NCBI GenBank assembly: GCA_040289885.1
Contig: PSLZ01000002.1
Span: forward strand, 70,377 to 134,376
Source: Armatimonadota bacterium
Lineage (GTDB): Bacteria > Armatimonadota > HRBIN16
DNA: 64,000 nucleotides
Direction of reading: 5' to 3'
Below are positions 38,599 through 48,380 of this stretch, piece by piece (positions within the stretch are counted from its first letter, which is position 1; the number at the start of each line of letters is the position of its first letter). The notes below the pieces were generated by a model, which saw only the letters and a list, made by a program, of their open reading frames with translations, had not been told where the DNA came from and searched no databases. Both the position numbers and the translations under genes were made by a program.

Positions 38599-38964
38599 CT
38601 ATGCTGCGCGGTCCTCGAGGTGACCGGAAGAGGGGTTGGCATGATAGCGGTTTAGCGCATTGCGCGAGTGAGTCAATTCCGCCATCTCCGCCCGAAGCGC
38701 GCTCTTACGCTGTTCAACCATCTGCTGGAGGCGCAGGTTCGCCTGCAGGACCTCCTGCACAAAAACCAGTACTTCAGGGGGCAGGTGAGAAGGAGGAACT
38801 TGCCACAGATCTTGCAACAGCTCCTCCTGTTCCTGCTGAAGCTGTGAAAGGGCATCCCAGCGGTTATCGCGGATGGCTTCCTCTTGCAGGGTGCAAAGCA
38901 GGCGAATACGCTTACCCTGCTTCAACAGCCATTTCTGCCAGGCGCCATCGGCATCAGATTGCAT
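38599..38964 (-). CDS. FliT-like flagellar chaperone
   Basis: Small helical protein (AIRDNRWDALSQL) overlapping the fliS 3' end; call rests on synteny. Confidence 0.6.
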   Translation of the reverse strand: MQSDADGAWQKWLLKQGKRIRLLCTLQEEAIRDNRWDALSQLQQEQEELLQDLWQVPPSHLPPEVLVFVQEVLQANLRLQQMVEQRKSALRAEMAELTHSRNALNRYHANPSSGHLEDRAA

Positions 38965-39382
38965 GGAGCGCCTCCGTGTTCGCATCAGCCGCCGGTGCTG
39001 AGGATACGCGCACAGTGGACTCCGCCTGCGCCCACGCCTCTCGCAAGCCCTCCAACATTTCGCGCACCTTCTGCACCTTGCCCACGTCATCCTGTAGGTT
39101 CGCCAGTACCAACTGCTCGGTCATAAACTGGTACAACGCCATCAGGTTGACCGCTATCTCGCCGCCCTCTTCCAGGTTCAAAGAGCTGGTCAACTCGGCG
39201 AGGATACGCTGAGCACGCACCAGATAGTCGTTTTGCTTCTCACGGTCTCCCCTCTGCATAGCAGACTGACCTTGCCTGAGAAAACGAATCGCCCCATCGT
39301 ACAGCATCACAATCAGCCGCACCGGCGAAGCGGTGTCTACCTGTGTACGCTGATACACATCATACGGGCTTGTCAACGCCAT
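38954..39382 (-). CDS. fliS: Flagellin chaperone FliS
   Basis: YQRTQVDTASPVRLIVMLYDGAIRFL, GGEIAVNLMALY, LREAW. Confidence 0.95.
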   Translation of the reverse strand: MALTSPYDVYQRTQVDTASPVRLIVMLYDGAIRFLRQGQSAMQRGDREKQNDYLVRAQRILAELTSSLNLEEGGEIAVNLMALYQFMTEQLVLANLQDDVGKVQKVREMLEGLREAWAQAESTVRVSSAPAADANTEALHAI

Positions 39383-39399
39383 ATCCGCTCTATCCTCTC

Positions 39400-41676
39400 C
39401 TATCCACCCAGGTTGCTGAGGAGATTGCCCCGCCCCAACACGGCAGTCAATCGCATCGCATCATTGCGCATCTTGTTCAAAGCCGTCTCCATGCGCGTGA
39501 ACTGCGCGCGCAGGTCCTCCGCCTTCCTCTGCATGGCTTCGTCAAAGGCTGAGATGCGCTGTTTGATGTCGTCAATCTGCTGTTGGATGTTTTTGGTCTC
39601 ATCCGTCAGCGCGCCGTTGATCGAGTCGGTAAACCGCTGGATTAACTGGAACACTCTGTCGGCAATGCCTCGGGTCACTGTCACCGTGCCGATAATGCCT
39701 GGGGTGGTAGCGGTTACCCGCAGTTGTAACCCATCGGTGGTAGCGTTACCCGAGTTGCCGGTCAGAAACTGCCCGTCTCCCGTGGCAGGCTCTCCGTTGA
39801 TCGTGCCCGCGACGTCCTGCCCCTGCACACTGATCGGCGTGGTGCCGATACCGCTGTTGTTGTTGGCGGCATTCTGGTCACTGACTACCGTGAACGCTGA
39901 CTTGGAACCGTACAGTTTAGACGTCAGCACCAAATGCCCGCTGGCGTCTTTGGATGCCACCAGATAGCGCGACAGAGTGGCATCGGCGTTGATCTGGGCA
40001 ATGGTGTCATCGATGGTGTTGCCTGCGTTGAGGGTAATGCTGTACGCAGTGTTGCTGAACAGCGCGCCGTTGAAAGTCAGGCGTTCCGCCGTGGTGCTGG
40101 CTTGCGTTTGCGCGACCGTCGCCGTCGCCTGCGCCTGTGTGGCTACCTGCGTGATTTGCACCGTCAGCGGCGTGCCGGTGGCTTTGGTCTTGTTGGTGGC
40201 GATCACGTACGTCAGGCGGGGATCGCTGGTCGCCCCCGTCACCCGGAACAGCTTCTCCACGTCTTCCAGCCGGTTGTTCAGCGCGTCCGTCAGTTTCGCT
40301 TCGTTGAGCACCAGCTTGCCCGAACCCGTTGGGTCCAGGCTGATCCCCACCTGCGCCAGCATACTCATCTCGGAAGGAAGCCCGGCTACTACGTCGGAAA
40401 CTGTGCTCATCAGGTCGGACATCAGCGCGTTGACCGTCGCGTTGCCGAACAGCGGTCCCGTCTCGTAGGTCTCGGTGTCGAAGTAGTCGTACTTTTTGAT
40501 GAGGTCAATGGTATCGTTGTATGCTTTCACGAACCCCTTGATGGCGTCCTTGATGCCCGCCGTATCGCGTGACACGGTAATGGTGGTCCTCTTGGGGTTG
40601 GTAGCGTCGGCGTCCATGAGTGTGATGGTGACGCCTTGAATGAGGTTTGTCAGCACGTTGGTACTGCTGGTCAGGCTCATGTTGTCGATCTTAAACTGCG
40701 CATCTTTCGCCTGCACCAGCTCGTTGCCGTAGCCTGCCTTTAGGATGCCCAGCGTTTCCAGAATGTGCTGGTCGTCGGTAAAGGTAGGGGTGCTTGCGCC
40801 CGTGATTTGCAAACGATAGCGCGTGGTGCCGTTATCGTTGACCGACACCACCGAAGCGGTCACACCTGCCCCGGCGTTGTTGATCTTGCTGGCGAGGGAG
40901 TTCAACGAGTCGGTGGCAAGGTCGATGGCGATATTCACCCCGTTGATTTGTATCGTGCCCGACGGTGCGCCGCTCAGAGCCATCAACGTGCCGATGGCGG
41001 TGCTGGTATCGGCGAATCTGTCGGACTGTGCCCCGTTGGTAATGGGGTTCTTGAGGCTAGTGGAGGTAGTAACCAGCCCCAGCGCTTGCAGGACGCTATC
41101 TCCACCCAAATCGTTCAGACTGATGGCGTTTACGACACCCGAGTTCTGTGCGGTCAATACCAGATAGTGCTCACTACCGCTGACACTGAGCACTGATGCG
41201 GTAACGCCTGCCTTGGCGTTGTTGATACGTGCCGCGATGTCACGCAGGTTATCGCTGGCAACGACCGTTACCTGCTTGCCGTTGACCACAAACGAGCCAC
41301 TCAGCCCGAGCGCGTTATCTGCAGAGGTTTGTGCGGAAGTGCCGATTTTGTGGTTGGTAGCGAGCTGTGAGGCCTCCAGCAGATACGTGCCGGGCGAGGC
41401 GTCGGAAGTGGCGGCGACCTGTGCAACGCTCTCGGCACTGCTGGCGGCCGTGGCGGACTTGAAAGCGGTCTGCACCGTTACCTGCGAGATGGCGGACTGA
41501 AAACCCATCAACTGCGCCTGCAGTGCTTGAAGACTGCTCAGCCGCTGGGTGAGCTGCGCCTGATGGTTGGACCAGATGGTCTTGCGTCTGCTTTCCACCT
41601 GAATGATTTGCCGGATGAGAGCCTCGGTATCCATGCCGGATATCAGCCCGGAAAAGTTAATACCGCTTGTCGCCAC
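39400..41676 (-). CDS. fliD: Flagellar filament cap protein FliD (long variant)
   Basis: SGLISGMDTEALI N-terminus, flagellin-hook IN repeats, FVKAYN, C-terminal LRAQFTRMETAL. Confidence 0.93.
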   Translation of the reverse strand: MATSGINFSGLISGMDTEALIRQIIQVESRRKTIWSNHQAQLTQRLSSLQALQAQLMGFQSAISQVTVQTAFKSATAASSAESVAQVAATSDASPGTYLLEASQLATNHKIGTSAQTSADNALGLSGSFVVNGKQVTVVASDNLRDIAARINNAKAGVTASVLSVSGSEHYLVLTAQNSGVVNAISLNDLGGDSVLQALGLVTTSTSLKNPITNGAQSDRFADTSTAIGTLMALSGAPSGTIQINGVNIAIDLATDSLNSLASKINNAGAGVTASVVSVNDNGTTRYRLQITGASTPTFTDDQHILETLGILKAGYGNELVQAKDAQFKIDNMSLTSSTNVLTNLIQGVTITLMDADATNPKRTTITVSRDTAGIKDAIKGFVKAYNDTIDLIKKYDYFDTETYETGPLFGNATVNALMSDLMSTVSDVVAGLPSEMSMLAQVGISLDPTGSGKLVLNEAKLTDALNNRLEDVEKLFRVTGATSDPRLTYVIATNKTKATGTPLTVQITQVATQAQATATVAQTQASTTAERLTFNGALFSNTAYSITLNAGNTIDDTIAQINADATLSRYLVASKDASGHLVLTSKLYGSKSAFTVVSDQNAANNNSGIGTTPISVQGQDVAGTINGEPATGDGQFLTGNSGNATTDGLQLRVTATTPGIIGTVTVTRGIADRVFQLIQRFTDSINGALTDETKNIQQQIDDIKQRISAFDEAMQRKAEDLRAQFTRMETALNKMRNDAMRLTAVLGRGNLLSNLGG

Positions 41677-41701
41677 GACACTAGCACCTGCCTTTCGGTT
41701 A

Positions 41702-42127
41702 TCACGCCGCTTGCTTGTGCTCTATTTCGTTGGCGAGAGCCTGCAGGCGCGACCGCAACTGGGCGATACGCTCCTCTATTTCCCGCCGGTACGCCTCTTC
41801 GCGCCGCGCTCGCTCTTCCAGCTGGGCACAGTAATAGGGCACACGCTGATTGATGCGCTCCACGAACTCGTAAGCGAACTGCACCACCCGGCGCAGGTCA
41901 TCGCCTTCCGAGACGATACAGCGCAAACGGTCGCCCACCACGTCCAGCTGCAGTTTGCGCGCCGCGATGATGGCTTTCCACTCCTCCGAGAACGCCAGCG
42001 TCCACGCCTCATTAGGCGTCTCGGACAACTGCATATCAAAGGCATAGGCGGTTGCAAACGATGGGTCTTTCTGCACGCTGTCTACATCTATCCGCGTAAT
42101 CGCAATGCGTTGAGCCGGATACGCCAT
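41702..42127 (-). CDS. Hypothetical protein upstream of fliD
   Basis: GAGGAGG RBS; alpha/beta N-terminal part plus C-terminal coiled coil; no recognisable FlaG motif. Confidence 0.75.
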   Translation of the reverse strand: MAYPAQRIAITRIDVDSVQKDPSFATAYAFDMQLSETPNEAWTLAFSEEWKAIIAARKLQLDVVGDRLRCIVSEGDDLRRVVQFAYEFVERINQRVPYYCAQLEERARREEAYRREIEERIAQLRSRLQALANEIEHKQAA

Positions 42128-42150
42128 GCCACCAACCTCCTCACCGCTTA

Positions 42151-42178
42151 TTATCGGCAGGAAAGCGCGAGCACTGCA
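42151..42178 (-). promoter_or_regulatory. Putative sigma28 (FliA/SigD) promoter
   Basis: Perfect GCCGATAA -10 element on the minus strand (42151-42158); -35 match is weak (TGCAG). Confidence 0.55.
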
Positions 42179-42219
42179 TCTAACTTTGCCCGTACAACTA
42201 CGGGAAAGGGGACATCACC

Positions 42220-44262
42220 GTGACCGCGCACCGTTACTACTTCGCCGCACAATACGACTGGAACGCCAAGCGCGGCTTCTATCTGAGCTTCGAGAACGAG
42301 ACCACCGAGCCGGTTTGCCAGCTACACACGCTCCGCATCGCGCTGGGTGTAGCGGACGGCAATGCGTGGCGATTCATCGTGGGCAACCCCAAATGGGAAT
42401 GGAATAAAACCTACCACCTCGTCGCCGAAATCACTGACAGCCAGACCGCACTCTGGCTGAACGACAACCCGCTCGGCGAGAGCAAAGGGGGTTTTAAGGC
42501 GCATCTCGGAAGCCTGGAGGTGGGCACGATACCCTCCTGGGCGAACGGTCAAACCAGCTACTACACCGCCGAATGCAGAGTCTCCATTCGCACCGGACGG
42601 GGCAAACGCCGACATCTGCTGGCGCCCTCCTCTTCTTCTATCCCCGATGCCGTGCGTCTATTCAATCCGGAGACGTTCTGGGCTACCCCCGTGGTGCGCT
42701 CATCCTTCACACCGGAACTGCCCGTAATCATCGAAGCGGTCTTTCGTCTCGCTCCTCTGCCCGATTGGAAGCGATTCCAGCCCTACATCGACCGCTTCGG
42801 GCAATGTCGCTACGTTCAGACGCCGGACAAGGTACACTCGGATGTCGACCTTCAACGGAGCCTTGAAGAGGAGAAGCGCATTTTGACACAGTGGGGCACT
42901 CCCTTAGTGATCGACCGCTTCGGCGGTTACCGCAAGGCAGGCTGGCGGGAGCAGGGCACGGGTTTTTACCGCGTGGTGCGCAAGGATGGTTACTGGTGGC
43001 TAATTACCCCCGAGGGGTATCCCTGTTTCTATATCGGCGTGTGCTCCGTGCCCGCTCTCAACTGGGAAATGACGCCCGTTTCCGAGCGCGAGGGCATCTT
43101 CGAATGGCTCCCCCCTAAAGAGGGCGAGACCGCCGAAGTGTGGCGTAAAGACGTCTGGGGTGAACGCGCTGGCACCGAATACGTCTGTCTGCACGCAGTT
43201 AACCTGATGCGTCGGTTTGGCGAAAACTGGAAACAGAAAAGTATAGAACTTGCAAGACAAAGGTTGAACAGATGTGGATTTTCGGGCGTAGGCAAGTGGG
43301 GTCAGATCGCCGACTCGCCCTACGCGCCGGTACTTGGACACTGGGAGGTTCCCAACCTCGTGCGTCATCCCGACATCTTTGACCCCGTTATCCAGGCGCA
43401 ATTTCGCGAGCACCTGCGTCGACAGATCGAGCCTCTGCGCAACAGCCCGTGGGTGTTGGGATGGTCGCTAGGCAACGAGTTTGATGAAATCATCACGCGC
43501 GATGAGGTCACCCAGATACTGCGCCTGTCAGGAGCACCAGCGGGCAAACGCGCTTTGATAGACTATGCACTGAAAAACCTGTACAAAAACGAGATAAACG
43601 CCCTTGCGCAGGCGTGGAAGACGGATGCACCCGACCTCAGTAGGCTCTATACCGCCTCTCTAACCCCGCCCGATACCGACCTCGAAGCCCTACGCCGCTT
43701 CTACGCGGACCGTTATTATGGCTGGATCTATCGCACGGTGAAGGAGATAGACCCTCACCATCTTTACTTCGGGTTCTGGATCGTGCCCGGCTGGTGGGAG
43801 AATGAAGAAGACTGGAGGCTCAGTGCACGACATTGCGACGTGCTTGGTTACGACCGCTACGCTCCCGACTTCGCCGACGACTGGATGAAACGCCTGATGG
43901 CTGGCATCGACAAGCCCATTCTGTGCGGCGAGTTCTCGTTCCCAGCATGGTACGATGGGGCACGCGCCTACGGTAGATACCCCGTGTGGACGAAGGACGA
44001 AGCGGAATCGGGCGAGATGTACCGCCGGTGGGTTGCCGATGCGGCGCGCCATCCTGCCTGCGTCGGCGTAATGTGGTTCCAGTATCGTGATCAGCCGCTG
44101 ACCGGGCGCGGACCAGGTAGAGGCAATACATTGGTCATCGGTGAGCATTTTGCCTTCGGACTGGTAGACTATTGCGACCGCCCGAAGTGGGAACTGCTCA
44201 AGCGCATGAGGCAGGCGAACCTGTCTGCACCTATCTGGCGTCTGCAGGCGATGCGTCGGTGA
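42220..44262 (+). CDS. GH50/agarase-like clan GH-A glycoside hydrolase with N-terminal beta-sandwich
   Basis: IDRFGQ, DRFGG, TGFYRV..DGYWWLITPEG, WSLGNE (acid/base), ILCGEFSF (nucleophile), WFQYRDQPLTGR, FGLVD. Confidence 0.8.
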   Translation: MTAHRYYFAAQYDWNAKRGFYLSFENETTEPVCQLHTLRIALGVADGNAWRFIVGNPKWEWNKTYHLVAEITDSQTALWLNDNPLGESKGGFKAHLGSLEVGTIPSWANGQTSYYTAECRVSIRTGRGKRRHLLAPSSSSIPDAVRLFNPETFWATPVVRSSFTPELPVIIEAVFRLAPLPDWKRFQPYIDRFGQCRYVQTPDKVHSDVDLQRSLEEEKRILTQWGTPLVIDRFGGYRKAGWREQGTGFYRVVRKDGYWWLITPEGYPCFYIGVCSVPALNWEMTPVSEREGIFEWLPPKEGETAEVWRKDVWGERAGTEYVCLHAVNLMRRFGENWKQKSIELARQRLNRCGFSGVGKWGQIADSPYAPVLGHWEVPNLVRHPDIFDPVIQAQFREHLRRQIEPLRNSPWVLGWSLGNEFDEIITRDEVTQILRLSGAPAGKRALIDYALKNLYKNEINALAQAWKTDAPDLSRLYTASLTPPDTDLEALRRFYADRYYGWIYRTVKEIDPHHLYFGFWIVPGWWENEEDWRLSARHCDVLGYDRYAPDFADDWMKRLMAGIDKPILCGEFSFPAWYDGARAYGRYPVWTKDEAESGEMYRRWVADAARHPACVGVMWFQYRDQPLTGRGPGRGNTLVIGEHFAFGLVDYCDRPKWELLKRMRQANLSAPIWRLQAMRR

Positions 44263-44352
44263 CCCCAACAGCAGGCTTCATCAGCGCGGCAGGGGATGCC
44301 CCTGTGAGCACGCTCACCAGCGCACACATCGGAACGAGCAGGTGTCCTCGCC

Positions 44353-45564
44353 TCATGTCAGCACTGTCACCTCGTAACCGTTCGAGCGTAGCAACCGCTC
44401 TATCTGCGCGATGTGCTCGGCGTCGCGTACCTCCACCAACAGTTCTACCCCCGTCCACCCATGCGGCACCGAGGGATGGATCCGATTGTGGTTCACCGTC
44501 ATGATGTTACCCTGTGCCTGTGCTATCAGGCTCAGTAGACCCGCAAGGCCACCCGGGCGGTCGGGCACAGCGGTAAAGAAATGGTAATAGCGGTTCGCCT
44601 GAAGCATCTCACGCTCAATCAGATCGGAAAGGGTTTTGGCGTCGATGTTGCCACCGGAGACCACGATCACCGTGGTGCCCCGCAGGCGAACCTTCCCACT
44701 CTGCACAGCAGCCACCCCCGCCGCGCCCGCGCCCTCCGCCACAATCTTTTTACGCTCCAGCAACCATAGCACCGCCCGCGCGATACTGCGGTCATCCACC
44801 GTTACCATCTCATCGGCGTAGCGGCGGATATATTCGAAGGTCCGCTCTGAGGGCGATTTGACGGCGATGCCGTCGGCAAGCGTGTAACGCACCGAGGGGT
44901 TCTCTACCAACTTGCCTTCACGCCACGATCTGACCGCTGTATCCGCACCCTCCGACTGCACGCCGATCAGAGAGACTTTGGGATGGCGCGCTTTGACCGC
45001 CGAGGCGATGCCGGCAAACAGTCCCCCTCCCCCAACGGGCACGATCATCTGCTCCACCTCAGGCATGTCGTCCAGGACCTCCAGCCCGCAGGTAGCCTGC
45101 CCACAGATGATGTCATCGTGGTCGTAGGCAGGCACGTAGGTTGCGCCTGTCTCGCGCGCGAAGCGCTGGGCAGATTCCACTGCCTCAGCGAATCCCTCGC
45201 CTTCCAGAATCACCCGTGCGCCGTAGGTTTTGGCGGCCTGCATCTTGGCGATGGAACCGAACACAGGCATGAAGATGGTTGCCGGCACACCGAACATCTT
45301 CGCCGCCAGCGCGACACCCTGCGCATGGTTGCCCGCCGAACCGGTCACTACCCCCCGCGCGCGAACTTCTTCCGGCAGGCGACGCAAGAACTCATATGCC
45401 CCCCGAATCTTGAACGAACCGGTGCGTTGAAAGCTCTCTACCTTCAGCCACACCCGCACCCCTTTCTGATCGCTCAACATCCGGGCGGGAAACAGAGGCG
45501 TATGCTGAACAATCCCCTGCGCCGCCTGCCGGGCTTCCTCAATTCGGTCTAACGGGATAACCAC
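44353..45564 (-). CDS. ilvA: Threonine ammonia-lyase with C-terminal ACT domain
   Basis: QRTGSFKIRGA, SAGNHAQG, VGGGGL, ADGIAV, SGGNID, DRPGGL. Confidence 0.93.
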   Translation of the reverse strand: MVIPLDRIEEARQAAQGIVQHTPLFPARMLSDQKGVRVWLKVESFQRTGSFKIRGAYEFLRRLPEEVRARGVVTGSAGNHAQGVALAAKMFGVPATIFMPVFGSIAKMQAAKTYGARVILEGEGFAEAVESAQRFARETGATYVPAYDHDDIICGQATCGLEVLDDMPEVEQMIVPVGGGGLFAGIASAVKARHPKVSLIGVQSEGADTAVRSWREGKLVENPSVRYTLADGIAVKSPSERTFEYIRRYADEMVTVDDRSIARAVLWLLERKKIVAEGAGAAGVAAVQSGKVRLRGTTVIVVSGGNIDAKTLSDLIEREMLQANRYYHFFTAVPDRPGGLAGLLSLIAQAQGNIMTVNHNRIHPSVPHGWTGVELLVEVRDAEHIAQIERLLRSNGYEVTVLT

Positions 45565-45567
45565 GCG

Positions 45568-46554
45568 CTACTGGTGCTCCTTGAGCAGTTCCTGCACTTC
45601 CGGCGTTTCCAGATTCTCTTTCGTGACCACTGTCACGCCGGTATCCACCCGCTTGGGGATGCTGGCGCGGTCGCCTTTGATGGCTCGCACCGCTAGTTTC
45701 ACCCCCTCGTAGCCCATCTTGAAGGGGTTCTGCACGATCAACGCCTGAATGGTGCCGCGCTTCAGCGCTTCGATCTCGGGCTGTGCCGCATCAAACCCGA
45801 CCAGCTTGATCTTGCCCGCCAGCTTGCGCTGTTCTAGCATCGTCGCTGCGCCAACCGCACCCGGCTCGTTCGCCGCGAAGATGCCCACCAGGTCGGGGTT
45901 GGCGGTAAGCATATCTTCCGTGACCTGCATGGCGCGTTCTACCTGGCTCTGCGAATACAGCACCGGTCCCAGCGTTACACCCGGGCATTTCTTGATGCCC
46001 TCCCGAAAGCCCTGTTCGCGCTGTTCCGAGGAGGCAGCTCCCTTGATGAAGGGGATCATTCCCACCTTCCCCTTGCCCCCCACCAGCTGGCACAGCACCT
46101 CCGCCGCCTTTGCCGCCGCCGCGACGTTATCCGTTGCCACAAAGCTCAGGGGCAGGTCGGAGTTAACCCCCGAATCGATAGTGATGACCGGAATGCCCGC
46201 GTCCATCGCCCGTTGCACCACAGGCACCATCCCGTCGGCATCGCACGCCGCCATCACAATCGCGTCCACCTTCTGGTTGATGAAGTCCTCCAGAATGCGC
46301 TGTTGTCCTTCCACGTCGGTCTCCTCGGCGGGACCTTTCCACAGTATCTGCACGCCCTCTTCCTTTCCCGCCTGTTCCGCACCCGCTTTCACCGTTAGCC
46401 AGAACGAGTGCGCCGTGCCTTTGGGAACCACCGCGATACGTATCTGAGTGGTGGGTTGCGTGGTGGTGCTAGATGGCGACTGCCGTTTCGCACAAGCGGC
46501 AAACAGCAAGCCCATCCCCACCAGCACACCGAACGGGAATAGCAATCGCCTCAT
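45568..46554 (-). CDS. Sugar ABC transporter substrate-binding lipoprotein (RbsB-like)
   Basis: Lipobox FAAC, VPKGTAHSFW, VATDN, R..GF, VGFD, IVQNPFKMGY; GGAGGT RBS. Confidence 0.92.
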   Translation of the reverse strand: MRRLLFPFGVLVGMGLLFAACAKRQSPSSTTTQPTTQIRIAVVPKGTAHSFWLTVKAGAEQAGKEEGVQILWKGPAEETDVEGQQRILEDFINQKVDAIVMAACDADGMVPVVQRAMDAGIPVITIDSGVNSDLPLSFVATDNVAAAAKAAEVLCQLVGGKGKVGMIPFIKGAASSEQREQGFREGIKKCPGVTLGPVLYSQSQVERAMQVTEDMLTANPDLVGIFAANEPGAVGAATMLEQRKLAGKIKLVGFDAAQPEIEALKRGTIQALIVQNPFKMGYEGVKLAVRAIKGDRASIPKRVDTGVTVVTKENLETPEVQELLKEHQ

Positions 46555-46742
46555 ACCAACCTCCGTTGCCTCTGTTGAGTGAACATCTCTCATTTCGAGG
46601 GGCGAACCGACTCTCTCCTGCTTACGAGGCGATACGCATCTCGACAGCGGTCGCACAGGCTCGTCTGCACATCCGTGCCGACAGAAACGCGCGCCTCTTG
46701 ATACAGACATATGCTTACTAATGGGTGCCACAGACCACCCGG

Positions 46743-47591
46743 CTAAGGCGCAAGGTTTAGCGACCTCTGGACACGAGGTGGAAGACCACTCTCCTGTCGC
46801 AAAACCCACACCACATCCCCGCGCCGTAGGTTGAAGGCTCGCGCCGCGCTCCCTTTGTTCACCGCAACCTCCAGCCGACCGCTACTGCCAAACAACGCCA
46901 ACGGCTGTCCGTCAGGAACATCGCCGTATGTCCGGCAGACCGGCAGGAATACCCCCGCTTTTGCCAGGCGGACCACCGGCTCCCGCACCTCCCACCGAAT
47001 GCGCCACTTCTCGTAATCGGCATATGTCAGGTTGGTGATGGCGTTGCCGAAGCGATCCAGATGCACGACGGTAGCGCGGATGCCCTGCCAATCCACCCGC
47101 ACGCGAGGCAGGCGCAGGCGGTTCAAGTGGGTCACCGGTGTGCCCAACTCTTCCAGACCCACCCCATTGGCAAGGTGTGCCGCAACGGGCGCGAAAATAT
47201 CCCTGCCGTGGAAGGTCGCGCTTTTCTCAGGCAGATGGTACTTCGAATTGTCCAACTGTACCGCCATGATCGCTCTGTATCGCTGTAATACCAGGGTGAA
47301 GATGCCGTTATCGGGACCTACGAACACCGCTCGGTCGGTTTGGATGGCGAGGGGTTTTCTCTGCGTGCCCACTCCCGGGTCCACCACCGCTACATGCACT
47401 GTCCTCGGTGGGAAGTAGTCCACCGAGACGTCCAGCAGAAACGCCCCTGTCATCACATCCTGTGGAGGCACCTCGTGTGTGAGGTCAATCACTACTGCTT
47501 GCGGACAAATAGAGGCGATAACCCCTTTCATCACTCCCACGTAGGTATCTTGCGTGCCGAAATCGGTTAGCAGGGTGATAACGCTGTTCAT
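46743..47591 (-). CDS. SAM hydrolase / SAM-dependent halogenase family (DUF62)
   Basis: ITLLTDFG..D, VVDPGVGT.R, GPDNG, TFHGRDIFAP, DRFGN, LEVAVN. Confidence 0.92.
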   Translation of the reverse strand: MNSVITLLTDFGTQDTYVGVMKGVIASICPQAVVIDLTHEVPPQDVMTGAFLLDVSVDYFPPRTVHVAVVDPGVGTQRKPLAIQTDRAVFVGPDNGIFTLVLQRYRAIMAVQLDNSKYHLPEKSATFHGRDIFAPVAAHLANGVGLEELGTPVTHLNRLRLPRVRVDWQGIRATVVHLDRFGNAITNLTYADYEKWRIRWEVREPVVRLAKAGVFLPVCRTYGDVPDGQPLALFGSSGRLEVAVNKGSAARAFNLRRGDVVWVLRQESGLPPRVQRSLNLAP

Positions 47592-47780
47592 AGTTACCAT
47601 GATAACAAAAACGCGTGCTCGGCGTCTATTATTTTGGATAAGGTAAGGAGGACTTGCGGAGGGATGTTGCCCGCCAGGTAGAACATCGTCGGCGCGCGCA
47701 CCTGCTGTCTCTCCGCAGTGTGGGTTGGCACTAGGGGGGAGCCTACGGTGCTCGCACCGAATAGATAAGGGAGCGACGCA

Positions 47781-48380
47781 ATGGATGCGCAAGTTTGGGA
47801 GTGGCGCGTGACAGCTGGAGAGCACCCCGGGCAAGACAGCGAACAGCAGCTCATAGAGCGTTGCCGCGCGGGCGACATGGAGGCTTTCGGCGTCCTGTGG
47901 CAGGAACACCGCTCCGCCGTGTTCCGTAGTATCCTGGGTATCGTAGGCAACCCCCAGGACGCCGAAGACCTGACGCAGGATGCCTTTTTGCGTGCCTATC
48001 GGGCACTGGGTAGCTTTCGCGGAGAGGCTCAACTGCGCACTTGGCTCATCCGTATCGGCGTGCACCTGGCGATTGACCACGTGAAGCGCAAAAAGGCGCA
48101 CCCCGAGGTGTCCCTCGATTGGGACGTCGGCGGGGCACATGCAGACATTGACCCACATACCGCAGCCGAGCGTAACGAACTGCGCGAAACAGTGCGCAAA
48201 GCGATAGATGCTCTGCCCGCGCATCATCGGGCGGTGATTGTGCTTCGCGACATCGAAGGGATGGACTACTCGGAGATGGCACAAGCGCTGGGATGCAGTG
48301 TCGGCAGTGTGAAACTGCGGCTGTTCCGGGCGCGCCGCCTGCTTAAACAGCGGCTGGAAGTGCTTTTGGAGGGATTGTGA
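47781..48380 (+). CDS. ECF RNA polymerase sigma factor
   Basis: DAEDLTQDAFLRAY...FRGEAQLRTWLIRI; LRDIEGMDYSEMAQALGCSVGSVKLRLFRAR. Confidence 0.93.
   Translation: MDAQVWEWRVTAGEHPGQDSEQQLIERCRAGDMEAFGVLWQEHRSAVFRSILGIVGNPQDAEDLTQDAFLRAYRALGSFRGEAQLRTWLIRIGVHLAIDHVKRKKAHPEVSLDWDVGGAHADIDPHTAAERNELRETVRKAIDALPAHHRAVIVLRDIEGMDYSEMAQALGCSVGSVKLRLFRARRLLKQRLEVLLEGL

Noticed and set aside
47725-47775. GCACTAGGGGGAGCC resembling the start of a TPP riboswitch
   Set aside because: The conserved CTGAGA and ACCTGA...AGGGA elements are absent, and the downstream gene is a sigma factor.
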